DNA of 64,000 bases from Marsupella aquatica (taxonomy: Eukaryota; Plantae; Marchantiophyta): NCBI GenBank assembly GCA_973895155.1, contig OZ316897.1, positions 9,447,832-9,511,831 of the forward strand, read 5' to 3'. Within the stretch, counting starts at the first letter, position 1; each line of letters begins with the position of its first letter. Positions 25,961-39,905 of this stretch are shown here, one piece after another. Both the position numbers and the translations under genes were made by a program. The notes beneath the pieces are model-generated. The model saw only the letters and a program-made list of their open reading frames with translations, had not been told where the DNA came from and ran no database searches.

Positions 25961-26814
25961 CATTTGGTACTAGGCCAGCCCTGATTCACCATTGAGATAG
26001 TGCACAAGGACTTAGAACCTGGAGAGAAATAGAGAGATTACAGTTTTGCTTTCACTAGCGTCGATGCATGACAATTGCTTTTTGCAACTTATGACCGGCG
26101 AGGTGATGTAGAATTATGTCGAAATCTAATGAGGGTGCCATGGAATTAATAAGGATGCATGAAGTTTATGCGGTTTCACAATTTTGATGATGATTGAATG
26201 AGCACGTGATTGAATTCTAGTTCTTTGGCTGCATTGACATACTTACGTCCAGATTGTATAGTGTATTTCAAAGCCAATTCATCAAAATGACATTCTTTGT
26301 GGGAATGTACAGAGATGAACATTGTCTTCATGGAATCGTTGGTCTCAATAGGCTTCTCCTACTCTAACAGTTCTTTGGACTATAACCTATTCCTTGACAA
26401 TCAAACTGGTATGTCTCTCAGCTTTTGAAGGTCAACAAAGGTAATGTGAAGATTGGGCTTGACATTAGGGGTTTCAAGTTTGGACATGACTATGTTAAAA
26501 CCCTGTAAGAAAACAAGGATTTTGACCCCTTTGACCTTTGAACATTCTTAATCCTCCCAAGTAGGAGTCACGCTTTTCATTCTCCTCCTTTATTGAAGAG
26601 TTGATTAGTCGACCTAGGGTTTCCCTTATGTTCTTTAACTATATTAGGTCTCGTCCCTTTAGATTATTTTCTTCTCATTACACACTTTTTGACCTAGGAC
26701 CTCTGATGGATTTGTTGGAGCAAATGACCATTGATAGTTTAATAGTACATCCAATCTTGAGAAAAATAGATGACTATGAGTGCTATACTTGCTTAATTTT
26801 TAACATGATGGAAT

Positions 26815-29800
26815 CACTAGAAGAATCCGAGGTGAACTGAGACCGCAATATGTGACTCATTTTGGCTCATGTGACTTCATTGTGACTCAACGTGACTTGA
26901 CCCACGCTATGACCCTTGGAGTTGCAAAAGTTGAGACCAAAAAATGGAAGTCACTATTGATACTGGGCTTTGCAACTTGCTTGATACCCATTTGTGACTG
27001 ATCTGTGATTTTATTGTGGAGTCTAGCCTTGTTTCTACGTGACTTCAATATGACTTCAGCGAGTCACATCGTAAGTCACATACATGACTTACCCGCATTC
27101 AACAACGACTAGTGTGTGACCATTAAGTGTCACAGGAGAGACCAATGGATACCCTGGCCCGCGTCACACAACAGAACCATTTGGGACTCTATATACTCAT
27201 GTTTATAACTAATAAGGTTCACATGCAAGTTATAACCATGACTAATGAACACAGAGGGACAGTTCATAAGGAGAGAGAGCACTCCACATTACAATACATA
27301 GAAACCTGATGTTCTAACTTTAGAAATATAACACATTGAATACAAGAAATGAACATAGCATGAATGACATCCACATGAAACAAAGCATCATATAAGCAGA
27401 TTCTACATTAAACATTCATAAGAATTAAACACAATCACAATCTTGCTAAAAAATAAAGATCATTTGAATTCCAATGGAATAGTTTACAATGTGATCAATG
27501 TAATTCAGACAAAACAGGAACTCATAATTGATGACTGCAGGATGAGATAACTGAAAGCACATGCATGATACTATGAATCTCCAAGAGGACATGATTCTTG
27601 TACTGCTTCTTGACATCTAAAATCTACATAACATGAGTCACACTACAAACAAATAATGGCATGACATTGTTATGGATCCTCTATGAACTTGCTTGGCCAT
27701 AATACCAAAGAACCTACAGCATCTCCAAGTGTCTTTTGAGGAGGATCATCATTTGTGTTTGGAATGGGAAGGACAGCTTTAGGTTTCACTAGGAATGTGA
27801 CTAACACTACTGAATAACCTGGGGGAATCCTCTTGCCATGGAACGTTGTGGAACCAACCTGCACTCTGCCAAATCCTACTCGTGTTCCACTCTCATCAAC
27901 AGCTAACAAGCCACTTTGTCACTCAGCATTAGGTGCTTTCCCCACTTCCACCTTAGATCTTTCTGCCAGCACCGTTCTTGGAGGTTTGTATGAAACCTTT
28001 GACGTGGCTCTGCTCCCACCAGCAGACTTGCTCGTGTGCGCATGCTTCCTCTCTTCACAGTAGTGAAGCTAGGCTCAGTAGGTTCCTCTGTTAGGACTGT
28101 CACAATAGCAGGTTCATCACCTAGGAGTGTCATACCAACTAACTCTTTGGTTGGATTTATCTCAACAAGAGGCACACCTGTCATTGAGAATGATACATTC
28201 TGCAAATCATTTATCTCTGCAATGGAGTCAAGATCTACATAGCATGAATCTGGCTCAATGGTATCATTCTCATGCTTGCTGATATCCTCATTTGCCCCAA
28301 CATTGATATCATCCACTCCCTTGCCAATGTCATCCTCATCCAAACATGGTTGACTGCCCTCTGTCAAACAAGTTGCTTGTACAGACTGCAACTTTGTTGC
28401 CTCTAAATTACAGCGAGTATTTGCCAGGTTCTCATACTTCTTCTCTGTAGCACCTGTCTTATTCTCTATGGACACAACAACCACAATATATGTTACTGAA
28501 AATAACACATTCAACAAACAATGTCAATTCAAACTATACATTTAATAATCATATCCCACATAGTTGTAAAGGCCTTACCTTCAAGCCTACATGTCGTTGG
28601 CATGCCAGAAGAGTGCATCGACTTTGCCACCTCAAGTGGTGATGGTGGAACTCCTGCAAAATTGGAATCAATTTTATCTCTCACCGACACAACAGCTTCC
28701 ATTAATGTCTTGAAGTTCACATGGAACAAGTCCGTCAATGAATTCAAACGTTCATTGATCTCTGGAAGACATGTTTCGACAGCCTTCAAACGACCACTTA
28801 TCTCTGTAACTGAAGATCCACCTCCCTACATGACACAGGGGTATAGGTTCAATCACTCCATATGAAATGTTGGGCAATATATGCACAATCAATGTTATAT
28901 ACAGTGTACACCTGAAATTCAACGCAGGTCATTCAATTACCAATCAGAACTCATATAACTTACATGCTTGGAGGATTCAGATGCACCCTCTTGAGCTCGG
29001 GTGTTCACAATTTCAGCCCTCAACTCTTCTTTTGAAGGGCTTTGCCCCAATTGGGCTTTCTGCACATGCATGGCAAACACAAGTTATCGATCAATATTCA
29101 GGGAACGTACACTAAAAAACAAAGTTTACATGTATGGGTTTACACTAAAAAACAGTACATAGTGTAGTATAAATTACATAGCTAGGCCATTCATTCTTAC
29201 CAAACGTTTAGCTGTCCGTGCAGTGCCGGTCCTTCCTATCAGATTAGGGTTATGAACACTCAACCTGGCCTCGGTCATCTGTGAACTCTTCTTTTTTGAA
29301 GCATTTGTTACAAAATAAGCTACTAACCTTGCCCACACTTTATCATCACAACTGGCTGGTGGAGGCATATCTGGCTTCTCCCCACCTTCCTTCCAAGCCT
29401 TATGCATTCTCCACCTCTCTTGCTTGATGATTTTACCTACTGTACTCTCTAGGCAACCTATGTCCACGCCATCATCACTGCCCACATAATTCCATTTGGC
29501 AGCAACATTTTCACATACAGTCTTCCAATCTTTTGGATGTTGTTTTTTAAAATTAATAACACTCACATCTAACCAACGCAATACTTCAGCTTTCAAATCA
29601 GCATGCCATCGGTTCTTGCGAGGACACTCAACAATAGTGTCATTTAATTATGGTTTAGAATGGTATGACTAAACTATTATTAAATTGATGTGGAATGACA
29701 TATGGTGTATCCAAAATCATATGTATATGGTCGCGATCCCATACTTTAAGGTTTAAGGGTTCAAATGCAGTGGTCTCATAAGTTGTACTCTAATGTAGAG

Positions 29801-30010
29801 TCACTTGTATAACTTCACCCTAATTGCCTTAACTAAGTTATAGTTGCAATTTACCTAAAAGTTGTAAACATGACTTGGCAAAACTTCACCAAAACTCAGT
29901 CAAGAAGGTGTGACTAACATAACACCAACAACCTTGGAGTCGCTATTTCATGAAGGTCTTGGACAAGTCACACATCTCCAGGTCTCAAAACGGGTGGATT
30001 TCTTCTAGTG
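26815..30010 (-). mobile_element. Complete non-autonomous CACTA (En/Spm) element
   Basis: Termini are CACTAGAAGAA (26815) and TTCTTCTAGTG (30010). A 3-bp TSD AAT lies on both sides, and there are subterminal GTGACT/AGTCAC repeats. Confidence 0.93.
27670..29620 (-). pseudogene. CACTA TnpA-like (Ptta/En/Spm-type) gene, spliced, 5'-truncated and frameshifted
   Basis: Contains VWARLVAYF...KKKSSQMTEARLSVHNPNLIGRTGTA (Transposase_24-like) and C-terminal FHGKRIPPGYSVVLV...LPIP...TLGDAVGSLVLWP. GT-AG introns between pieces; frameshift near 28040. Confidence 0.75.
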
Positions 30011-31728
30011 AATAGTCATTTACCACCTAACTTATAGGATGGTCTTACGTACCCTATGCCTAATATTCAGTACATCTATTCACCACATCACAAGATATGC
30101 AGATCATGCCACTTGTTGGCATTGTCGTATTGTAAGAAAATTTAACCATTCCATCTGTCCACAATGCTCAAACAATGCAGGGAGGTGCAATTCATGGAGT
30201 TCCTCTTCAATGACATTTGCACAAGCCTTGCTACTTAGGCATCAATTGACTTGTGCCTTAGACAGTGACAATACCTCAGATTTTCAATTGATAGAAATGA
30301 ATCTTTATCTATAATTGTTGCATTCAGTTGCAGTGACACTTTCCAATTTTTTGTTCTGCTGAATTTGGCATGAATTCATTACTTGATCTATGCTCTATGT
30401 TTGGGGTGATCAAGACGGGGAGAAAAAATAATCTAGAAAACATTGCCAAGTACTAGAGCATGAAACCTTGGACTCGCTAGGCATTTCCTTTTTTGTTGCC
30501 ACACAATCAGCTGACAAAAGTACGTTGGCAACATGCATAGGAAGTTGTAGTACGTTCTTCATAAGTGTGTCCAAAATTCGCGTTTGTAGTATCTGAGTAA
30601 ATATAATTTGGAATAAAAGGCTTTGGTGGCATGTGAGATTCTTTTGTCAAGCATCTGTCTTCTTCACAATGTTAAGGTTCAGTCTATTAGACTATGTTAT
30701 TTCTTTCAATGTTAACATATTTGTAGCCAATTCGTTCGAGGATCAACTCCTTGGTTATGTAGATTTGATGTTATTCTTAACAAAGTTAGAACACATGAAG
30801 AGTTGCATATTAGGATAGATTTGAATATGAAAATGAGAAAAAAAAATTAGTAGATTATTCATGGAAGGAGTGCATGCACAACATTCCCTTGGTACTCGAA
30901 CAATGTCCATAGTGTCCATGCAAAATGTTATAGAAGCCAGAGGGTAACTTCTTAATTACATTCCTTTGGTATTCTTTTATCCTTAGCAGTCAAAGTGTTT
31001 CTTATGTTCCTTGGTATTCCTTTTTCCATAGTATATAACCAAATGCTTTCTTATGTTACCTTGGTAAATGTTATAGTAGTTGAAGAATTTCTTTCTACCC
31101 ATGGTCATTCCAAAAATTGCTAAATAAGTAGAAAACTCATACAATCTACTGGAAAACATTGATATATCAATCACAACCCATCCAAAGGTTATTTTTTGCT
31201 ACCCCTTTCACCCCTTTCTTTGTTTCTCAGTTTTAAATTGTTTTTACAATTATAACGTCTAACTGTTTTTCTTTGACTTGTTTCAAACACACATAGTCTT
31301 GTTTAGAGTTTTTTGCATAACGAACCGTTCTTGTTTGTGACCAATATTGTTGATGTGGCTGCACGTGCTTCCAGGAATTTTGGAAGAAACTTCCCATGAG
31401 GATCGTTCGTAAATGTTTAGTGTCATCAACTGCAATTTTGCATTGAGACAAGGTTATTTTTAAGGTACACGAGAGAATGATAATTGTAGCCTTTGGAATG
31501 ACCATGACAATCTTGCCCATACCATATCAATGCATTTGTCTAGCTTCACACAAAGGACCTGAGGTTAATTAAGGAGAGCAGCATTTTAAAGGAGGCTCAC
31601 ACCTTATCTCACACAAAGCTTTCTGCCTCTTAGTCCTAGCCATTTCCTCATCGCTCTCGTTGGTTCACATGAAAACAAAAATACTTGTTATGTAAAAAAA
31701 TGTAACTGAGTATGATTGAAGTTCACGT

Positions 31729-34700
31729 TGTTAGTGATAATGTACGTCCCTTCTAAGTGTCAACGTTCACTTAATCTAAATCCATGTGCTCTTACCTTAT
31801 TGGTTTTATCCTCAAAGGTTAAAGGACACAACCTTTAAGGGTTACGACTATTCCTTATGTCCCTTCAAAACCTTAGGTCTTTAGTTATCATTCACATATG
31901 ATCACATCATTGTGATAATTTGTGACATTCATGTATTTCATTCAAATACAATCATTTTGTATTCTTGTCAATCTTTCATTACTTTAAGATGGTATCAAAG
32001 CATAAATACAAAATTGAATTTATGAGGTATGATGGATCATTTTAAAAGTTGGTCTTGTGCATACCTTCAAGATTCCTCAAGCAAAAACGTTATGTCAAGT
32101 GCGGTATCACTAGATTCAAAATTGATAGAAGAAGCACCAGGAATGAAGTTTGTCATTCCCTCTACTAGTGGTCCTTCACCCCCTAAAGCATTTCTTCATA
32201 GCCTCTAGAAGCACACAATACATCATGTATTCAGTTTCTCTAACATCTCTCGACGTAATCAATAGAATCGCTTTCTATGTGCCTAGGGATCTGTGAGTAT
32301 AATTAGAACCAATGTCCTAAACCAACATTCATTAAAAGTGCTAAAAAATGGCTACAAATTAATTCATCAGATCTGAATGGGGCAAACGTTGTTGAGAAAC
32401 TTAAGGGAAGAAATTATTCCATTTGGAAGATAAAGCTTGAAATGCTTTTGATTAGACAAGATCTTTTTGGTGTTAACGGTACTAATTTCAATCCTGGACC
32501 ACCTAGTCCAATGCCTCAAGCAAAATGGCATGCCAAGGACTCTAGAGCTCGTGCAGATCTGATTTTGCATTGTGGCAACAAGCAAATCTAACTCGTCCGC
32601 TCATTAACCACTTCCAAAGAAATGTGGGATAAGTTGCAAACCACTTATGAATTAACTAATCTTGCCTCTCAGGTGTCTGTTTATAGGAAACTATTGGCAA
32701 TTTCATTGCATGAGGGAAATTCAGTCATTGAATGTTTTGAGGATTTTCAAGGCCTTGTAGATGAAGCTGCAGTTTCTGGTCTAGTCATTGTAGACAATCT
32801 ACTTATCATTATTTTGTTAGGAGCTTTTCCTGATTCATGGCGACCGTTCATTTTCGTTCTTACCAACCAGGCAAACTTGATATTTGCTATACTTCTCGGC
32901 AAAATCTTACAAGAAAACTCTATGAGAACTCACAAAGATTCCAAGGGAAAAACCAAAGTTGAACTTGGTGCCTTGTTGATGGCTTTTAGCAAACCCATCA
33001 TATCCATGATGAAAGGGAAATTTATCAAGCCAAGTTTTACCTTGGTTGGTGCAAGCACTAGTCGGGCTAGTGACTTAACCTGCTATTATTGCAAGAAGTT
33101 AGGCCATAGTCAGCCATATTGTCGTACACGGGCCAAAGATAGTGCAAATGGAGTTTATAAATTAGTCAAACCACCTTCAACTCAATTTGCAGCATCTACT
33201 CTACCCTCAACAGCTTCATACTCCGGGCACATTAATCTTTTCATTGCTATTGATACAATGAGTGTTGTATCTTCTCAGTTTAAAAACACCTGGATACTGG
33301 AGCTACTCGACACATGACATCTTATTGAGAATGGTTTTTTCAATATATATCAACCATTACAACCACCTCTAACAGTAACCATGGCAAACAATACCACCCA
33401 AGATGCTCTTGGAGTTGGTGTTGTTCAGTTCCAACTTCCTTCAGGAACTACAGTTTCTGTGGCTGATGTCTTACATGCGCCATAGATCACTAAGAATTCA
33501 AAAGAATTTACTATGTGTATCATAAGTCACTTCTAAAAGCCATGGTAGCATTGAGTTTTTTCCCACACATTGCATCTTAAAGGGTCAAGATCATCATGGT
33601 CAATCCATTCATCTAAAGTGTTCCCAAGTTGATAATCTATACCCTCTCGAGATTGGTATGTCAGCTAGTACCATACCTAAAACACCTCTGTCCTTGCACT
33701 AAGTTCTTCTTTGAAGAATCACTTTATTTAAAGGCATTACCATCGAGGTCACCTTCATTTACGAGCACTTAGACTAATGAAAGGTAAAGACATGGTACAT
33801 GGTCTTGATTCTGCATTTCCTATATTACCTCTTTGTGAAGGGTGCATAGCAGGTAAACAACAGAAACTTCCTTTTCCGCGGGTCCCTAGTCAATGTGCTA
33901 ACACTTTGCTTGGCATTCTTCATTCTGATCTTTGCGGACCAGTGCAAGTTGCTTCCTTAGGTGGTTCTCGCTATTATCTTACTTTCATTGATGATTTTTC
34001 TAGGTTTACTTATGTCTACTTTCTTCGTCATAAGTTAGAAGTTTTACATTATTTTCAAGTTTACAAAGCTTTAGTTGAAAACCAAACAGGCTAAGCTAGT
34101 TCTAAAGATTCTTCGAGCCAACAATGGTGGTGAGTATATCTCCACTGCCTAAATTCATTTATTTTGCAATAATCATGGCATTGCACGACAATTTACAATT
34201 CCTGGTATTCCTGAACAAAATGGCGTGGCTGAAAGAAAGAATCAAACTTTGGTAAATTGTGCCCCAAGCATGCTGCATGCTGCTCAACTTTTATTTGGGT
34301 ATTGGGCAGAAGCAATGTCTACAGCATGCTATCTCCAAAATCGATGCTATAATTCTTCTTTGGAAGATTATCACACTGACACCTTATGAAATCTGGACAG
34401 GTACTAAGCCAGATGTTCAACATTTATGCATTTTTGGTTGCATTGCATATCAACATGTACCCAAGGAGAAGCGTAAGAAGTTTGATTCTAAATCACAAAA
34501 ATGCCTCTTTATTGGTTATGGGGAAACTACAGGAGTTAAGAGCTACCGCCTTTCCAATCCCAATACCCATCAATTTTCTTTTAGTTGAAATGTCATTTTT
34601 TATGAAGACTCTATTCTCAACAAAATTTTACACATCAACACTCTATCACCAAGTCATTTCTTGAGAGTGAAAATGAGAATAGTGACAATGTAGTTGATCA

Positions 34701-37048
34701 CAATGATGAACTTTTGGCCACCCCAAGTGTTCTACAACCCATGATTCAACCTCAAGTGGCTCGTGCACCATCATCTTTAGTACCCACAGCACCTGCTACT
34801 CCTTCTAGTTTGGTACCCATGATTATTCCTCCACTAATTCCTGAATTGAGGATTCGGATTCTGAGTTGTCTAACACACACTACATTCTTTGTGATCATCA
34901 AGAACTCAGTGCTTGGTTAGCAGATGATCATGGACTTCCTGTTGATCTCTATGAAGACACTATTACACTTCCTGTTCCTAACTCAGATTCATCTGATAAT
35001 GTTTCTTCAAGAAGATCTAGCACTCGGTCGACTAGAGGGACTTTACCATCAGGTTATCGCACTTCATACATGGTTCAAGTTAACATGGTACTTGCACTCA
35101 TGACTCAACTAGAAGAACCCACAACACTTACTCAAGCTCTTAAATCACCTGATGCTGCTCAATGGCAAGCTGCTATTGATTCTGAGTATTCTTCTCTTAT
35201 GAAGAATCATACTTGGGAACTTGTAGACCTACCACCTAGAAGGTCAGTTGTGTCGTGTAAATGGCTTCTCAAACGCAATTAAGTATCATTCTGATGGTAC
35301 TATTGCAAGGTATAAGGCTCATCTTGTTGCTTGCGGTTTTTCTCAAGTTGCTGGTATTAACTATATACTGAGACATTCAGTCCAGTAGTTTGCATGCAAT
35401 CTCTCAGAGGTATGATTGCCTTAGCCGCAATTCATGATCTACACATGCATCAGCTAGATGTCAAAACAATTTTTCTTTATGCGCTTCTACAAGAGGAGGT
35501 ATATATGCAACAGCCTAAGGGCTTTGTTGATTCCAAGTATCCCAAGCGAGTATGCAAATTACTTCGATCTCTATATGGCTTGAAACAATCCCCATGGATG
35601 TCGTTTCAGCGCTTCAACTCTTATCTTCTTGAGATAGGTTTTGTACCTTGTTCTGCTGATGTCAATGTGTATGTTAAGAAACAAGGAGCTAACTTTGCAA
35701 TGCTCGGACTTTATGTTGATGACTCCATTGTCATCTCAAATAATTGACCATTTTTAACAAGCATTAAGCATGATTTATTTCTTCATTTTGAAATGGTAGA
35801 TAATGGTGAACTTGAATATTGCCTTGGGATACAAGTCACTTGTGATAGAGTTGCAAAGACAATTACTTTATCATAGTCAAAGTACATTCATGATGTACTT
35901 GCTGGGTTTAATATGGCTGACTGTAAACCTATTGATACACCTTTACAAGCCAACTTCTGGTTAACAAAAGCTATGTGTCCTAACACTATTCATGAGGCTG
36001 ACCACATGAAGGATGTTCCATACTCTAGTCCTGTTGGCAACATTTTGTATGCCGCAACCAGCACTTGACCGGATATAGCCTATGCAGTTGTCCTAGCACA
36101 ATACATGGCTAACCTTGGCATAGCTCATTGGTTAGCACTTAAGCGGTTTCTTCAATACTTAAAACGCACAGCTAATTATGGTCTTACTTACTCTGCTCCA
36201 AAGTCAACACAACTATTTGGGCACACTGACTCTGATTGGGGCAGCGACTCGGATTCCCACAAGTCAATTTTTGGACAATCTTTTCTTTTAGGAGGAGTTG
36301 TTGTTTCATGGACAAGTAAGAAACAACCTATCATAGCTCTTTCATACACCAAAGCCGAGTACATTGCCAGCTCATAAATCTGCCGTCAAGGAAGCCCTTT
36401 GGCTTCACCAACTCACAAAAGATATGGGCTTTCCACAAGCGGGCCCTATTTCCATACTTTGTGATAACCTCTCTGCAATTGCGCTAGCAAAACATCCAGC
36501 TCGGTTTCATGACCGATGAACACACATTGACTTACGGTTCAAGTTTTTACAGGAAAAAATCAGCACCAATTAGATTTCATTATCACATTTGTCAAGATCT
36601 CAGATGATTGCTGATATTTTAACTAAGGCACTACCGAGACCAAAACATCAATTCTGTGCAAATGGATTAGGTCTCAAAGCACCATAGTTACAATAGTTAC
36701 ACCAACAGTTAGCATATATAAATCTAGGTTTATAATATCTTATTGTTGTTTTATTTTTCTGTTGTCACTCAGTTTACATTATGGGGGAGTGTTTGTGATA
36801 ATGTCCCTTCTAAGTGTCAACGATCACTTAATCTAAATCCATGTGCTCTTACCTTATTGGTTCTATCCTCAAAGGTTAAGGGACACAACCTTTAAGGGTT
36901 ACAACTAGCTCTTTGTTATGTCCCTTCAGGACCTTAGGTCTTTAGTTATCATTCATATACAATCACATCATTGTGATTTGTGACATTCATGTAAGTAATT
37001 CAATATTCAATCATTTTGTATCCTTGTCAATCTCTCGTTACTTTAAGA
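31729..37048 (+). mobile_element. Full-length, degenerate Ty1/copia retrotransposon
   Basis: LTRs at 31729-31989 and 36790-37048. PBS TGGTATCAAAGC (tRNA-iMet) at 31990. PPT GGGGGAG before 36790. TSD CACGT/CACTT. Coding remnants: gag CYYCKKLGHSQPYC, integrase HSDLCGP..FIDDFSR..NGVAERKN, RT HQLDVK..LYGLKQS..LYVDD, RNase H DSDWG..KAEY. Many stops and frameshifts. Confidence 0.97.
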
Positions 37049-37227
37049 CACTTTTTAACATGGAATATTACAATGTTTTCCAGATCATTGGATAACATAC
37101 CGGGATAACATACTTTGTGGTCATTTTTAAATGAATAGCAATGACTATGCACATCCACCCTTAACTTAGTTTTCTACCATAAATTTTATACTAGTCACAC
37201 ATCTAACTACAATGTACAACTAAGGTC

Positions 37228-37328
37228 AACAAAAATTAGAGGTTGTATATGAGTCAAAATTACTTAGTTGACATCGTATGTGAGTCAACTAAGTACTTTT
37301 GACTCATATAAAACCTCTAATTTTTGTT
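37228..37328. repeat. Near-perfect ~45-bp-stem inverted repeat
   Basis: AACAAAAATTAGAGGTTGTATATGAGTCAAAATTACTTAGTTGAC, an 11-nt loop, then GTCAACTAAGTACTTTTGACTCATATAAAACCTCTAATTTTTGTT. Confidence 0.9.
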
Positions 37329-39476
37329 TTCTACCTTAAATTTTACACTTGTCATTCAGTTGACTATTATTAAGTAAAACTCTTAGCCGGGGGAGGTGGA
37401 GGTCAGGTGGTGGGAACTAGACTGGACATAGTAGCCATTCCCAACTTAAAGCGTTTGAGCTTTGACTGAGAAGAGTGAGGGTTCCGCATTGCCTCTTGTT
37501 GATTATTGATCTCCTCCTCTCTTTGCTCAGCTATGAGCTACTGATCAATGTAACTTAAAATCTTGTCAAATTCTGCTGGTCAATCTTCGGCCACCCTTCA
37601 ACTTGTAATACTTGGCCAACACCTCCAAAATTCATTCTGTGATAACCATAAAGCCCACCTCCAAAATTGCCTCAGCCACAGACCAAAGTCCTTCTTTGTT
37701 GTTGAACAACTCAGTAATGTAGTCCTGGATCTTGTTGTGGTTTGAACCCTTGGTGATAGTTGCGTTATTGCAATTGATTTGCGCTACCTTGATCACCAAC
37801 TTAGCGTTCAGGGCAAGAATACCAATACTTCTTAGATAGCTTGGCTCCAACTTCCCCAGACATGGTCCAGAATCCAAGAGCGATAAGGGTCATACTAACC
37901 TTAGGTGCTTTGACCGTAGTGATTCCCTTGCCTTCCTGTCGTGCCGCCAATCCTCCTTGCAACGCTCTACGTTCACGATTGTTGTAGTCTCCCAACGTCC
38001 TCCATTGATGAATCCCGTGACAATGTATCCCCTTCTATTGGTTTCTATTGATAAAACAATGATCCTTGGAGTTTTTCTAAAGTGATAGTCAAACACGGTG
38101 CCAACGGAAGATAGTGGAGGCAAGAATACTAACCACAATTTGCTAGGAGAGAATGAGCTTGGTGCTTGATGAATCTGGTCCTTTATGGCCCTTCAGGAGG
38201 CATGGAGCATGGCTCAGTCTGTACTTGTGGCCGCCATCTTGTGGTCCGCATTGATGCTTCGAGTCCAAGTGTGATATGCTCCAACAGAATTTCACTCCGC
38301 CGCCACCAAGGTACAACGATTTGGATGTCTTAAAAGTGTGCATCCTCATGCATTGCTTATTATGACCACTATCAGATCCCTAATCTAATCATGACTACTA
38401 ATGGCTATGTATTCCTCCTTCTACTGTATGAATACGGTCCTATCGACCATAAACGTCTTAATCTACTAACAGATCCAGCGTAAGTGACACATTGCTGGTG
38501 TCAGAAATTTTTTCACTCATGTCTTTCATCTCCAAAAAAAGTAAAATTCTAGAGACAGAACACACTTATTGACAATCTGGAACATGTATGGGGATGTTGA
38601 CTGAACACAGGATGGATGAATGGATAATTCTGGGCACAACATGGAATGGAAAGTAAAACACTTTAGATGCTTCATTTTCCATGAAAATCCAAAATAGAAG
38701 AAAGAGTGGAGGATCAAGAGTGATGATTTATGGTATGTACTGGATTGAGTATTGAGAAAGAGCAAATATTTGCATCGATTGAAGCTCTCCTTAGATAGTC
38801 TTAAGTTAGGTTAATCCAAAACTATTGCAAAGAAGATCGTTGACACTCATTTAGGATCAAGAGGTGTGATCTAGAGATCTTCACCCTTTCAAATTTCAAA
38901 TTGCTCTTTAAGGCTCTTGGGAGCAATGCACAGCAATGCACTGGCAAGTAGTAGTGGGCTCACACCTGATCCTCTCTCTGTCTCTTTCTCCTTGCTGCAT
39001 GTAGTGGCCGTTGTTTCTTCCTACCTGAGTCTTGCTAAGCAAAATAGCTTGGGGGTCCACAAACTAAGTTTTTCATTGGGTGACAATAAATAGTGTCACT
39101 GCAAGAAATTGAAAGCTCTCGTGAGGCTAGTTTTGGATGATATTAATTACTTACATAGACTATTTAGTTTTAAACCCCTAAACCAATTAGGGTAAAGAGT
39201 GTACTTATGGTCACGGCATAAGTACACTCAAGTTATGGACAGTGAATTTTTATGAATTTGGTACTACATACATTTTAAACTTTTAGCTGTTTAAAAAAAA
39301 CTTATGTGTTTAAAATAATTTTCCTTTTGGTAAGTATAAGTACATTAATTTGGAGGTTTATAACCCCCTATTTACCTATTGTGCCATGACGTCTTGGAAC
39401 GACACCCTTGTTGTCATGGTCGAATCGCAACCCTACCCCCGAACACAAAATACTCGGCTCCTCCTCCGGCAGAACG

Positions 39477-39485
39477 TTAGGGTTT
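39477..39485 (-). promoter_or_regulatory. Telo-box upstream of ribosomal protein gene
   Basis: TTAGGGTTT (reverse complement AAACCCTAA) lies ~225 bp upstream of the RPS28 ATG. Telo-boxes are typical of plant translation-machinery genes. Confidence 0.55.
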
Positions 39486-39707
39486 TGAGAGCGAAGAAAG
39501 TCGACTCGACCTCCACATTTGTTTGTCTTTTCCTTCAGCAGTCTCGTTTAGACGCGCTCCCCTGTTTCTCTCTCGCATCAGTCTCCCGATCTGCCGACTC
39601 GATTGATTGATTGATTGATTGATTTTTCGCCGTGCTCCTCCATCGCTGTTCCTGTTTCCCGATTACTTGGTTTCCTCGTCGATTGACCGAAGCTCGTGTT
39701 TGCCGCC

Positions 39708-39905
39708 ATGGATACGCAAGTGAAGCTCGCGATTGTGATGAAGGTCATCGGCCGCACAGGGTCGAGAGGACAAGTGACACAGGTTCGCGTCAAGTTTTTG
39801 GACGACCAGAATCGTCTCATTATGAGGAACGTGAAGGGCCCCGTTCGCGAAGGTGACATCCTCACCCTCCTTGAATCTGAGAGAGAAGCCAGGAGGCTTC
39901 GGTGA
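39708..39905 (+). CDS. RPS28: 40S ribosomal protein S28 (eS28)
   Basis: [65 protein letters not shown], with the start in a GCCGCCATGG context. Confidence 0.99.
   Translation: MDTQVKLAIVMKVIGRTGSRGQVTQVRVKFLDDQNRLIMRNVKGPVREGDILTLLESEREARRLR

Noticed and set aside
37380-38350. Decayed coding-like sequence on the minus strand
   Set aside because: Probably a retroelement accessory-ORF relic, but there is no diagnostic motif to support a call.
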